A stretch of 38,104 nt of DNA from Phoronis australis (GCA_002633005.1 NMRA01000173.1:455561-493664), one strand, 5' to 3'; shown: positions 13,208 through 25,839, counted from the first letter of the stretch. The notes: generated from the letters alone by a model not told the origin. A program made the numbers and translations.

Positions 13208-13707
13208 ATTTTAGCCAATTTTAGGGTATTCTGACACATGCGTGATCATTGTAGTTATCCTTCCTGATGCGAGGTGTCAGTTATAAAATGGCGGTCACTC
13301 GAGATCAGCTGCCGCAAATGAACACCTCGTAAAAACACTGAATGCATGAATAAGAAGAGCCTAATTGGTACGAGTAATACATTTTTGAAATCATGATCAC
13401 CATGACGAGACGATTCAGAAAATATTAATATCAAGTTAGTTCAGTCTGATTGTAAACAATTGCTCTATTGTCTCCTGCTATGGCCATGTTGGCTGTGTTG
13501 GCCCCTGACTGTGGACTTGACTTAGCAACAGGAGAACCAGTAATCTCTCTCTGCATTAATTGACTCGTTAAAATTCCATCAGCTGTGATAAGTTGAAGCT
13601 GTCCCTCAATTTCACTCTAGTCCATTACTGACTAATCATTTCCAAACATATTAAGTGGATTTCTACTTGTCTTATCCCAACCACTACTTCGTTACTGATA
13701 GTACATG

Positions 13708-13828
13708 TGGCCATCTAGTATAGTCTGGCTACACCTGGCCATCTAGTATAGTCTGGCTACAAATGGCCATCTGGTATAGTCTGGCTACAAATGGCCATCT
13801 GGTATAGTCTGGTAGAGTCTGGCTACAG
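13708..13828. repeat. 28-bp minisatellite, about 4 copies
   Basis: TGGCCATCT(A/G)GTATAGTCTGGCTACA at 13708, 13736, 13764 and 13792. Confidence 0.9.
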
Positions 13829-14414
13829 CAGACCTTGTTTTTCTACTACATTTTGTTAGTCCTCAAGTTTTGTTAGCAAGGGACTGACTGACAATGTGAA
13901 CATTATCCAACTCTTTGCCTGGAATGATCTCAAACCATACATCTGGCTGTAGAAATGAAAGACACTGCCTCCTATTGGTAGTGTTTCAAATTCTTTGTCA
14001 TGGCTAGCAAAGTTTTGAATTTTTTCTGTTAGTTTTGTCTGAAATATGAAAACTTTTACTGCAATAACTATATGCTAGTTCACTGGGTTTCAGAAATTGT
14101 TTGACCGACTTGAAAAATGCTGGCCAAAGAAACACTATTGTCATTGGTTCGTTGTATGTATTGTTTTTATAATGTGCTGGCCCAACCCACATTTGCAACT
14201 TTCATCTGCCTGGGTTATTAGGAACACATGGTCCACCTTATTCTGTGTTACACACGCCTTGCCTTCTTATGTGCTGATTGACTTGGTGGAAGGAAAATGC
14301 CGAAGAAGTCTGTGAGTTCATACCCACTGGACTGGTGTTGATGTGTGATGGGTGAGGGGGAGGGGAGGGGGAAGTAGTGATAATCATTGAGGTGTGGAGG
14401 TTGTAGTGACATAG

Positions 14415-14856
14415 TGTGGTGGTGTTCACTGCTGTTGTTTGAGGACTGGTGTTAACATATGGTATTGTTCACCACTGATGTGTGGGTAGTATGATGTTCA
14501 TACATGGTGGTGTTCACTACAGATATGTTGGGACTGTCATGTTCATACCTGGTGGTGTTCACTACTGATGTGTTGGGACTGTCATTTTTATACATAGTGG
14601 TGTTCACTTTTGATGAGTTGGGAGTGTCATGTTCATACATGGTGGTGTTCACTACTGATGTGTTGGGACTGTCATATTTATACATGGTGGTGTTCATTTC
14701 TGATGGGTTGGGACTGTCATGTTCATACATGGTGGTGTTCACTACTGATGTGTTGGGACTGTCATATTTATACATGGTGGTGTTCATTTCTGATGGGTTG
14801 GGACTGTCATGTTCATACATGGTGGTGTTCCCTACTGATGTGTTGGTGGTGTTCAT
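14415..14856. repeat. 60-bp minisatellite, about 7 copies
   Basis: GGTGGTGTTCACTACTGATGTGTTGGGACTGTCAT... repeats; full variant pattern recurs with a 120-bp period (two alternating variants) in 14641-14820 when read per 60-nt line; basic unit is near 45 bp in protein terms (15-aa repeat), so the period should be confirmed by a repeat finder. Confidence 0.6.
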
Positions 14857-15456
14857 GCTGTTGCTGACTCATGCTGTTGCTGGTGTGTGTGCTCAGAAAC
14901 ATTTACCAAATATCAAGGATTCTGTCTATTTTGTTTTTATTAGCACAGCACGCAGGATAGTTTCTTGTATTTTTGTTGATAAGTGAGATAACTCACAGGT
15001 CTGGTACAACATGTCCCATGATGGTTTATGTTCAAAGAACAACTCAAATGCAGCACAATCAGACTGAGGAAATCTTAAAACATGGAACTTGTATATATTC
15101 ACAAGCTAAGGGCAAAATACACAAACAGGACATGTGTGGTATGGTTAGCACTTGACAACCATTGCTGTTCTTTTTCAACTTATAAACAAACTGATGCTCA
15201 TGGCTGTGGACTGTTTATGTGAGGGCTTCTGATCAGCTAACTACTGGGTCAACTGTGCTTACCACTTCCAGATAAAGTGCATATGCTAGTATCAGTCATG
15301 TCAGGTCAGACCATGGCAGAAACCTTACATTATTACTAGAGTACATACAGTTAGTGTGTGTGTGTGTGATTTGTCAGTTGACTTGGTGTGATTGATAATA
15401 TAACTAAAGACTGGTTATATATATAGCCAGTTTCTCTGGACATATACACTTCTTAT

Positions 15457-15682
15457 GGCACTCTACCCTAGAGGGCACTCTACGCTAGAGGGCACTCTAC
15501 TCTAGAGGGCACTATACCCTAGGGGGCATCATACCCTAGGGGGCACCATATCCTAGGGGGCACCATACCCTAGGGGGCACCATACCCTAGTGAGCACTAT
15601 ACCCTAGGTGGCACTATACCCTAGGGGGCACTCTACCTTAGGGAGCACTCTACCCTAGAGGGCACTCTACCCTAGAGGGCAC
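15457..15682. repeat. 17-bp minisatellite, about 13 copies
   Basis: GGCACTCTACCCTAGAG unit at 15457, 15474, 15491 and onward; variants carry the CCCTAGGG palindrome. Confidence 0.92.
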
Positions 15683-16250
15683 AACTGGGGAATTTCCCAA
15701 GAAGCCATTGGTCGTTAATTGAATAATCTAGGGGCCAGACAAGACAATTCTGTAAACACCACAAGCAGTCTCTCTTTCTAGTGTATCACTGTGGATGGAC
15801 CGTGCAGTGCATGTACTCTTGACTTCTACCCCTCTACTGTCTTCTGCTAGGTGCTAGAGCAGCTGGTTGTAGGCTGTTGCTTCCTGCAGGATGCCTCCTC
15901 CTCAGTGAACTCACTAGCAGACTAAAATCTTGGTAAATCAGAGGGCGTAATGAGCATTTGTCAGAAGGTCCGAAGTTTAAAAATGCAGAAGTGAATGTCG
16001 CATTTGTCGACTGATACGAAATGAAGGAAATTAGTTGTTGCCGAGCGGGTAGATTAAATACATGAACAGGCAATTAAAAAATCGTAGGCAAGTAGAAACC
16101 ATGTTCGGCAATCATCAGTGGCAACAGGATTTTTTATTTGAGTGTAAATTCATTTTTTAAGGAGCACATAGTGACCTGTAAGTTGCAAAGTCCTGCCCTG
16201 TGCTACATGTTGTTATTATAAAGTGTCTCAATGTTCACTTGTTCTTTCAG

Positions 16251-16503
16251 TTGTCAAAGCGGGAAGCCTTCTTCAAGAATGAACCGCCTGCGACCAAGTT
16301 TGACCCATCACAGGGCAGCAGAGAGCGCGAGCCTGCCAAGTTTGACAACAAGGAGAACAGTGCACCCACGAGGGACTACCACCCACCGAGCACCAAGGAC
16401 ACGACGAAGGAGTTAGAGGGTTACGTGGGCTTTGCCAACCTGCCTAATCAGGTGTACAGGAAGTCAGTGAAGAGAGGGTTTGAGTTCACACTAATGGTGG
16501 TCG
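16251..16503 (+). CDS. SEPT7: Septin-7 first shared exon (LSKREAFFK...[29 protein letters not shown])
   Basis: ttctttcag| acceptor; septin alpha0/polybasic motif; donor G|gtgagt, phase 1. Confidence 0.96.
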
Positions 16504-16882
16504 GTGAGTAGTTGGAATTAATTTTGAGTGTTTGATTTAACCGCTTCAATACTGTAACGATTGACACTTCTGACAATATTGGGGCTTTCCACAAATCAGA
16601 AGTCCTAGTTTAGTGAGATTTCACTGTAAGAGGGCAGAAATGTGGTATGATAATGGACTTGTGTAAAATATGAATGATCGTCTGTCATTTGGTCACCAGT
16701 CGTTCTCAAATGTCTGACTACATGGTTGTAAAGTCTTTCAAAACACGCCAGGATTGTATTGCTGCGTTCGATAGGTGGTCCAGTTGGCTCTTTGGGCTGG
16801 AGTGTCTGCACAGTTCGTACACGGTTCTATGTTCGAACCCTGGTTGGAGGAGCAATCTTTTCAGACTCATAATTTCCAAGTC

Positions 16883-17024
16883 ACATGATGTAACCATGTA
16901 TGGCTGTAGGGTACATATGATGTGACCATGTATGACTGTGTAGGGTACATATGATGTGACCATGTACAACTCTGTAGGGTACATATGATGTGACCATGTA
17001 CAACTCTGTTGGGTACCGTACATA
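16883..17024. repeat. ~34-bp minisatellite, about 4 copies
   Basis: ATGATGTGACCATGTACAACTCTGTAGGGTACAT-like unit at 16885, 16917, 16951 and 16985. Confidence 0.88.
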
Positions 17025-18059
17025 TTATATCCAAACAATGAACAGCCTGTTGGGAATCTCTCAAGTTTAGATATTTTGAGGCCCTGCTTGAAAATTTTGA
17101 ATCTTTTCAGCTCTGCTGTTCTAAAAAGATGGAGATTTTGTAGTATAGCATAATGATGCTTTTATTTGTATTTTTGCTGGAAAAAGTATAGCGACGCACT
17201 CACTTTGCTGAGCTGAAAGTTTGCAGTGAGGGAAATCATGACACAGAACACACAGGTCAAAGTTTTGAGTCCTGTTAGAATTTTTGCCCATGGAGAAACT
17301 TGGAGTCTGCTGCTTGTTCAGAAGTACTCTGTGATCATTGTGGGTGTTTAGAGTGATGTAATATTGTCAGTTGAAATGACTTGTGTAGAATGAAAGCCAG
17401 ACAAATATGGACTTAGTGACTACTTTCTAGTATAATGAAGCATCAGTCTGAAACTAACTTTATAAAGAGTGTCTATATGAGTTGAGGGCTGAAGTGTGTG
17501 GTCATGTAGTTGGATCTACTGTACACTCCCTCAAGTTGACAGACTATGACATCATGCTCCTGCATGTCTGCTTGTTATCTCCATGTGTTCAGTCAGATAA
17601 GACACCACAGGGACACCAGAGGTCACTAATGCCCTATCTGGTTTCACAGAAGCACAAGTTCACTATGGTGTTGCTAGCCCACTGCAGTGCTAATTTGGAC
17701 AGCAAGCAACCTGCCCTTAGACACCACATTTAGCATTCTGAATTAGCATTAAGTGTTGACTTTTTCTGTAAGGTCTGTGCTATGTTCAGAGATCTTACAA
17801 ATCTTTTGTCATGCATAACATCTGAAGCACATGATAACACTAGCTATTCTTGTCATTGTCTTGCTTGGAACTCGGCCATGTGATGAACTATAATACTAAC
17901 TTGTGTGTCCCTCTTCAGTCTACTCTGTGTCATGCCATCTTACTTATTCACACTGCATCATTGCCCAGAGTCAGTGCTTGTTGCTTTGGGTAGTGTTTTA
18001 TTTGGACATGAAAGACAAAACTTAAAACGGGCTGTAAACATATCCAAAGTTGTAATTTC

Positions 18060-18233
18060 AAATAGGTTGCTGTGTAGTGTTGCTGCTGATTGTAAATAAG
18101 TTGCTGTAGTTGTAAATAGGTTGCTGTAGTTGGAAATAGGTTGCTGTAGTTGTAAATAGGTTGCTGTAGTTGTAAATAGGTTGCTGTAGTTGTAAATAGG
18201 TTGCTGTAGTTGTAAATAGGCTGCTTTAGTTGC
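18060..18233. repeat. 20-bp minisatellite, about 8 copies
   Basis: TGTAAATAGGTTGCTGTAGT repeated in tandem. Confidence 0.92.
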
Positions 18234-19520
18234 CAAAAGCTTACTCTTGATGTTACTGTATGGTGTTGCAGTAGTTTTCAATAGGTTGTTGCATGGTGTG
18301 ACAGAGGGTTAATTAAGAGACCAGCCAATTAGGAAATGCCTGTGTTGAAATTGCCTTTATTTCATAGGAAACCTATCTTAAAATAACATTAGTTGGTCCT
18401 AAATGAACAACATCATCTCTGGATTTGCTCTGATTAACGAGGTACAGTTGTTGATGTCTTGCTCTTATTCCATTCACACTCTAATTCACAATCTGTTCTG
18501 TTCCAATCAATTTCTCCTGATCAGCTTAAGTCTCTACTCTGTCCATTTCCACTACAAATACCTACAGACACTTCCTGTCTGTTAGAAGACATGTCTCACC
18601 TCCTGTCACAAAGCTCTTTTGAAAGTGGTGGGTACTTTTGGTAAAATCTCCCAAATTTGGACCATAACATGACTGGCAAGGGCAATTTTATTTCTTCATC
18701 TTTCTGTGCACCATATGTAGCACCAAACTTCAGTTGTTGTCCACACTCCTATCATCAAACAATGATTTGAAAATTGGCCAATCACAACCATGTTAGAAAC
18801 CCTTGACAAATCAGAAGAGAGCAATATTGGCAATTATTTTGGTCCAAAAGTGGGAAATATTTTGCCGTAGTTAAATTTAACCAAACTTCGTCAAGCTGAA
18901 TTGTAGGTCATCATATGAAATATTTTTCTCTAAGCTTGTATTTCATGAGAATTTGTAGACCACGAGCCTCGTGGCTATGTCAGTATTAGCTGTGACTATA
19001 CACTTCTGCCGTGCTTCAACAAGAAAACAAGCGCGAATCGAAGACTAACTTGACATTTGTTCAGTTCAAAGCATGTGGCCAGGAATCGCACGCTACATTC
19101 AAGTACCTGTTATTGAAGATTAGTCTTCGGGAACTATCTATTCATGAAACGGGTAGCATAGCATCGGCAAGAAATAATGGCACTTATTTCCAAAAGTTTC
19201 TAATACCGTATAAAATGTTTGCGTTCTTTTTAAGGAGAATTTTCAAATTAGTTGTAATTGGTGTTTTTTTAAAGTCAAAATGACCCAATATAGTGAACAC
19301 TTCCGCACCCTTACACCCCCTGCGCCGAATCTCCTGAAAAATAACTGTTAGACTGTCTCGCATACAGTCACCCAGCGATTCAATGACATCAGCCTTACCA
19401 AGACAATTCTCGGATGTTTCTTAGCAGATGAGAACAAGAAGTGCTAAATAAAGTACGTTCTCAGCGTTCTCGCCACAAACTTTTTTGTTAGTAATAAACA
19501 CTGTTTATTCCCAACATCAT

Positions 19521-19741
19521 CACGGGTGAGAAACAACATGAACGCCGGTCCTCTTAAATCGGACCGCCTCACCCAAAACAGGACCTCCGGGGATCAAATG
19601 GGACCGTCGCACCAGAAAATGGGACTGACGCACCTAAAAACATGACCGCCCCACCAGAAAACAGGACCGCCGGGGACTGAACATGACCTCCGGGGATTGA
19701 AACCGCATATTGTCCGGTGGTCATGTTGTTTCTCACCTGTG
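19521..19741. mobile_element. 221-bp MITE with CAC...GTG termini, ~28-bp TIRs and 5-bp TSD (ATCAT)
   Basis: Left end CACGGGTGAGAAACAACATGAACGCCGG versus reverse-complemented right end CACAGGTGAGAAACAACATGACCACCGG (25/28). ATCAT flanks both sides (19516-19520, 19742-19746). Confidence 0.8.
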
Positions 19742-20758
19742 ATCATGGTCACTGTGTATTTATATACGTTTTAATTTGAAAGTGTTCACTGAACTGGTGT
19801 GACCTACTTTTTGATTTTCCTACCAATTTTTCACCATAAGTTCTCCAAAGCATTTATAACTGACTCAAAAAGTCAAACGAAAGGTTATAAGTTCCTTTAA
19901 TAACAAAAATGTCAATTCTAGTATCAGTTCTACTTATTAAATACTACTAACGGTGTGACCTAGTTTTTAGTGACACCTGTTGTCCAGTTGAATAAGTTCT
20001 AATTTGTCACCAGATTTCAGTCAAAATCAAAATCCTTTAAATTAAGCATGTCAAATTGTTAATTTACAGGTTTAAGTGCAAAATTTTAAAGTTAAATAAT
20101 ATTGCTGGCAGTCAATTATTAAGGTAAGGTAGCTGACACCATAAAATTATGTTAGAAAAAGAATTTCTTCAGATTTTTTAGCGAGTCAAAACTGGTGGTG
20201 GAGAACACTGGCTTGTGTCAATCCCCTTAGTTACAATGAACTCCTAGATTGTTAAATCATGTTTACCCTGTCAAATGAACTCTGATGACACGGCACTCAA
20301 TACGCAGACTTACTTCAAAACATCACGTGGTAACAACTTGTGTTTGTCCAGAGATTTTTCTCGTGTTGCGGCGTACGATCTAGCGCAGATTTGGACTTAA
20401 TATGCTTTAATACTGACTGACTCCACAGGAACTTAAAAATCTTCGGGACGCTATTTTGAAAACTTTTATAAGGAGGACTTCAGGAAATTTGTTGAATCGA
20501 AACTATATTTTTACTCAAGAATTCAAGTTGACCTATCGGCGAACGCGAGGCAGCGACACATCAGTTGGCGAGTTTTTGCACTGGGATTTTCTGAAAAATG
20601 CTTGTTTTTTAACAACAAGGTTTGACAGCAATGCACTGCTATTTTGTAGAAACTTCGTCATAGGGTTACAGATGAGTCACAGGGCGTAAATTTGATGAAT
20701 TCTAGCCTACGTTTTCACCTGTTTCGGAAACCGGTTTTTGACCACTTTTGGGCTATAA

Positions 20759-20825
20759 CAAGCGCCCCCCTTCCTGAAGCAAATTTTTCTAAGCGCCCTG
20801 GGCACTTTTTAGGACGAATACGGTA
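20759..20825. mobile_element. Probable lone Tc1/mariner(pogo)-like MITE terminus
   Basis: Ends ...AGGACGAATACGGTA (TA-CCGTAT terminus on the minus strand) with AAGCGCCC repeated subterminally; partner end not found. Confidence 0.4.
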
Positions 20826-22329
20826 AGCTTAATGGGTCAGTCACCTTGTTCAATATTGAATTCCCAATTGGAAAAACCAATCTCTTGGTAACTATTGCTG
20901 TGCAAGCTTAAATATGAATGTTGTTCAGCAACATGATAAATTCTTGTTTAATATCATCAACCGATTCTGTTAAGACTCGAAACTAGTTTTCTTACCGACT
21001 GGTGATCAAAATATACTTATGATCGGTTCATGGGTGACAACGTAGCTGTGTGCTCATGTGCACTATACTGAGGGTCTGTGCTGCGCCACCTTGTGGCATG
21101 GTTATGCAAGCTTATTGTCCAACCTTGGATAAGATGAGCCGGAGTAGCTTCAATAATGTTGACTAAGTTTGACAAATGTTAAGCTTTAATAAGGTTGGGT
21201 ACTGTTTTAGCTTAATTAACTGTTTCTGTCGAGCCCTTTTTAATTTGGTCTTGTATTTGGGTTGTTTTTTTACTTATTAAAGTTTTTGCTTTGTGGGCTG
21301 CGCGATCTAGAAGAGTTGAAACGTACAGATTGGATTGGGCTTTCATACTGCCAATGTGTGCAAGCCACCTCTGGTAGTGGGTTCAAATTGAAATGTATGG
21401 GATAAACTGCTTGCATTTACACACTTTTCCTAAATCAAACTGAACCGCAACCGATGTAAATAGGCTAGCAGCTTATCTGTTCTTCCTGTGTATGGCTCTG
21501 ACCTCTTGCACCTCGCCTGGTCAGACCAATTATAGCTAATTACTTGCACCTGTGTTAATGAATGACTCATGCACTCTCTGCCCTACCAGCCATATCCAAT
21601 GCAGAAGTCTATTGTGGAATCATGTTGTAGTTTCCTTTAATTCAAACAAACAGCAATGGCTAAACTTGTTGTTTCAAAAGCTTACTACATTGTTAAAACA
21701 ACTCGTATTTCATTGTATGTTTGTTGGTAACAGTCTTACAATATAAACTGTAATCAAGGAGGTGGGGGAGTTGAGGACTATTATCATTGGTTCTACTATA
21801 CACCTGAAATATTTTAATATTTTTTTTATAAACTACATCCATTGGAGAGTCCTGCTGCTTTATTGAAAACATTAAGTATTAGAGCTCATCGTGTCATCCA
21901 GCCATCTGCAGAGACATCACTTTTAGTCCAATGAAAGACTGCCACTAAACTAACAACACCTGCAATGTATATACCTGTAGTATATATATGCAGTGCTTCA
22001 TGTGATATCATTGCCACTAAGTTGCCATTTGTATTGACCAAAACACTGTCTCGATGTCTCCATCAAATGTAATTGATCTGTTTTTGACAACTTTTAATAG
22101 CCGTCTTTGTCTCGTTTTAGTTACCTGAGGATTAGAAATATCGTCTGTGTCAAACACAGGCATGATTGCATAAAACCGTGGTTTGGTACTATAAAGCAAT
22201 TAATTGAATTTGAATTTTATTTTAATGATAAAAAAATTGAATTTAGGTAAAAATTGCCATATTGCTATTTCTCAGTTACATTTTAACAAATGGTCAAAAT
22301 TTTGTAAAATGCTACTTCTGGTCTGCATG

Positions 22330-22467
22330 TCTACAAACCAAGATTTTCTGCCTATTGTTTACAAATCAAGGTTCTCTGCCTATTGTTTACAAACCAAGGT
22401 TCTCTGCCCCATTGTGTACAAGCCAAGGGTCACTGCCTATTGCTTACAAACTAAGTTTCTCTGCGTA
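22330..22467. repeat. 28-bp degenerate minisatellite, about 5 copies
   Basis: TTTACAAACCAAGGTTCTCTGCCTATTG-like units at 28-bp spacing. Confidence 0.85.
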
Positions 22468-22541
22468 TTGTATCATATACTGAATAATTATGCAGTGGCT
22501 ACTATCTGCTTGGACAATAGTCATTTTATGAAATGGACAGC

Positions 22542-25353
22542 AGATCAATTAGTTGCTCTTGGGACTTTCTGTAATCCAAACAGATGCTGAATTAGACTTG
22601 TGTTTTGGTAGGTCGTCATGTCTGTACTGCTGGGCCAAAAACTATTACCTGAAGTGCTTTTAAAGCGCTGATCAGGTTGGTTTTCTGTGTTCACCTGTGG
22701 TTCCCAGTACCAGGTGATAATCATTCAATGTACATCTAAAACTTTTATAATCCATTGTAGTAGCCCAACTGTTTATAATTCAAATGTGTTGCTCTGTTGG
22801 CGTATCTGCATGTATCTGAGTTTAGAATTAGAGTAGGCCTAAGGTGCATTGACCACTGTCCACCTTTAGTGTGTGGTCTATGTGCTGCTGGATAGAGCTG
22901 GTTGGGTCAAGTCTTGTATTTTGTTGTAAAATTACAAAAAGCCATAGGAGAAAGCTGTTCATCACATAATTCTATTGATTTCTTAGACTGGAATTTAACT
23001 TTGTCTCTTATTTTATTCATCTCTTTGTTTTTAAATTCACTCATTCAATTAATTAATAATCTCCGCACACAGCACTTCAACATGGCTGCATTAGTATCCT
23101 GTCGGTTTCTTTGTTCTTGTTGCAATCCAACACTCTGAATGGTGTTTATTGTTCAGATCTGGAATAATCATGCTAATCTCACTGAAGGCAATTTTCCCAA
23201 GTGTAGTTGTATAATTGATGATGGTTTTCCAGTGATGTCTAGAAGTGTCAGACATCATTCTAGGCTGAGATTTTGTTGTTGGCTGTTTATTTCAAGTTAA
23301 TAGTATTGATTATTTTGTCTTGTAACTGCAACTGACACATTTCTCTCAAGTCTAGAGGTCTTTTGGCCACACTTAATACATGCTATAGCTAAATGTCAAT
23401 TTACTTTCTTGCATGGTTCAGGGCAGCTGTTATGACATAACATCAGAGAAGGCCACTGTCATTGGCTAATTGATTTTAAACTTCATTAGTCACACCAGCT
23501 TTTCTAAATAGAAACATTTGCCTTAGTAGCATGAAGTATCATGGCCAGATACATCACTGTTTGAACTGTTATATCATTGGAAACTACAATCAGGATGAAC
23601 TTTGCATGGCTGTGGATACACAGGGTTGTGAAACAGCAGTAGTAGGTCCTGATGAGGTTCAAGTAGTGTTTATAAATTCATATCATAGTGAACTTAAGGT
23701 TTCTAAGTGTCCTCAAGGCAAAATTCAGAAAAACCGTCTCAAATATGATAAACTGGCCTTGGCCACTAACTTACAACACCTCTGTTGTTAAATTATCCCA
23801 GACAACATCCATTTTCTTACAACAACCTTTGTTGTTAAATTATCCCAGATAACNAGATCAATTAGTTGCTCTTGGGACTTTCTGTAATCCAAACAGATGC
23901 TCAATTAGACTTGTGTTTTGGTAGGTCGTCATGTCTGTACTGCTGGGCCAAAAACTATTACCTGAAGTGCTTTTAAAGCGCTGATCAGGTTGGTTTTCTG
24001 TGTTCACCCGTGGTTCCCAGTACCAGGTGATAATCATTCAATGTACATCTAAAACTTTTATAATCCATTGTAGTAGCATAACTGTTTATAATCCATTGTA
24101 GTAGCATAACTGTTTGTAATCCATTGTAGTAGCATAACTGTTTATAATCCATTGTAGTAGCATAACTGTTTATAATCCATTGTAGTAGCATAACTGTTTA
24201 TAATCCATTGTAGTAGCATAACTGTTTATAATTCAAATGTGTTGCTCTGTTGGCGTATCTGCATGTATCTGAGTTTAGAATTAGAGTAGGCCTAAGGTGC
24301 ATTGACCACTGTCCACCTTTAGTGTGTGGTCTATGTGCTGCTGGATAGAGCTGGTTGGGTCAACTCTTGTATTTTGTTGTAAAATTACAAAAAGCCATAG
24401 GAGAAAGCTGTTCATCACATAATTCTATTGATTTCTTAGACTGGAATTTAACTTTGTCTCTTATTTTATTCATCTCTTTGTTTTTAAATTCACTCATTCA
24501 ATTAATTAATAATCTCCGCACACAGCACTTCAACATGGCTGCATTAGTATCCTGTCGGTTTCTTTGTTCTTGTTGCAATCCAACACTCTGAATGGTGTTT
24601 ATTGTTCAGATCTGGAATAATCATGCTAATCTCACTGAAGGCAATTTTCCCAAGTGTAGTTGTATAATTGATGATGGTTTTCCAGTGATGTCTAGAAGTG
24701 TCAGACATCATTCTAGGCTGAGATTTTGTTGTTGGCTGTTTATTTCAAGTTAATAGTATTGATTATTTTGTCTTGTAACTGCAACTGACACATTTCTCTC
24801 AAGTCTAGAGGTCTTTTGGCCACACTTAATACATGCTATAGCTAAATGTCAATTTACTTTCTTGCATGGTTCAGGGCAGCTGTTATGACATAACATGAGA
24901 GAAGGCCACTGTCATTGGCTAATTGATTTTAAACTTCATTAGTCACACCAGCTTTTCTAAATAGAAACATTTGCCTTGGTAGCATGAAGTATCATGGCCA
25001 GATACATCACTGTTTGAACTGTTATATCATTGGAAACTACAATCAGGATGAACTTTGCATGGCTGTGGATACACAGGGTTGTGAAACAGCAGTAGTAGGT
25101 CCTGATGAGGTTCAAGTAGTGTTTAGAAATTCATATCATAGTGTTCTTAAGGTCTCTAAGTGTCCTCAAGGCAAAATTCAGAAAAACCGTCTCAAATATG
25201 ATAAACTGGCCTTGGCCACTAACTTACAACACCTCTGTTGTTAAATTATCCCAGACAACATCCATTTTCTTATAACAACCTCTGTTGTTAAATTATCCCA
25301 GACAACATCCATTTTCTTATAACAACCTTTGTTGTTAAATTGTCCCAGATAAC
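22542..25353. repeat. Tandem near-identical duplication (22542-23853 and 23855-25353) joined by a single N
   Basis: Offset between copies is 1313, rising to 1453 after a 28-bp VNTR (1 vs 6 copies) and to 1500 after a 47-bp VNTR (2 vs 3 copies); otherwise only scattered substitutions. Confidence 0.94.
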
Positions 25354-25839
25354 ATTGATTTTCTTGTCAAAAGTAGGTATGTGCTAACAAAAAACTTCTG
25401 GCTTTAAAATGCCACAACAGTTGGTGTGTCAAGTCATTACACATGGAGTGTGTGTATTACTTGAACAGATGGGCCTACTTCTGTTGTACTATTTTCAATC
25501 TTTGACATGTGTATTGTAAACCTCGCTGAACTATGACTCACTGGTCCTTGTCTGGCTATATTAGTGACACCTATTGTCTGTGCATCACACCAGGCATGTT
25601 TCTAGCAAAATTCTGTTAGTTTGGTGTACTGCTTGAAAACTTGCTGTGAACTGGGTGGAGGCTTGTAGACACAAGGCACTTAATAGTAAAGCTAGTTTGA
25701 TCTCCTGTATGCTTTGTTTGTTTACTAATATATTGTGAAGGATACCACCTCTATCACCATATCTCAAATAGCTCAAGTGGTCATCATTATTTATCAACCC
25801 CTGATGCAGATTGGTCCCATAAGTTCAATTTAGTTTAAG

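Noticed and set aside
13285-13332. AAAATGGCGG (YY1-like or strong start context) as another first exon
   Set aside because: ORF stops after 14 codons with no donor and lies in TE-like sequence.
14452-14986. Repetitive ORFs on both strands (NTT-rich mucin-like on minus, hydrophobic repeat on plus)
   Set aside because: Produced by a minisatellite whose unit length is a multiple of 3; open in several frames with no gene context.
22902-25244. Duplicated 78-aa and 86-aa ORF pairs
   Set aside because: Result of the N-joined duplication; intron-like composition and no domain.
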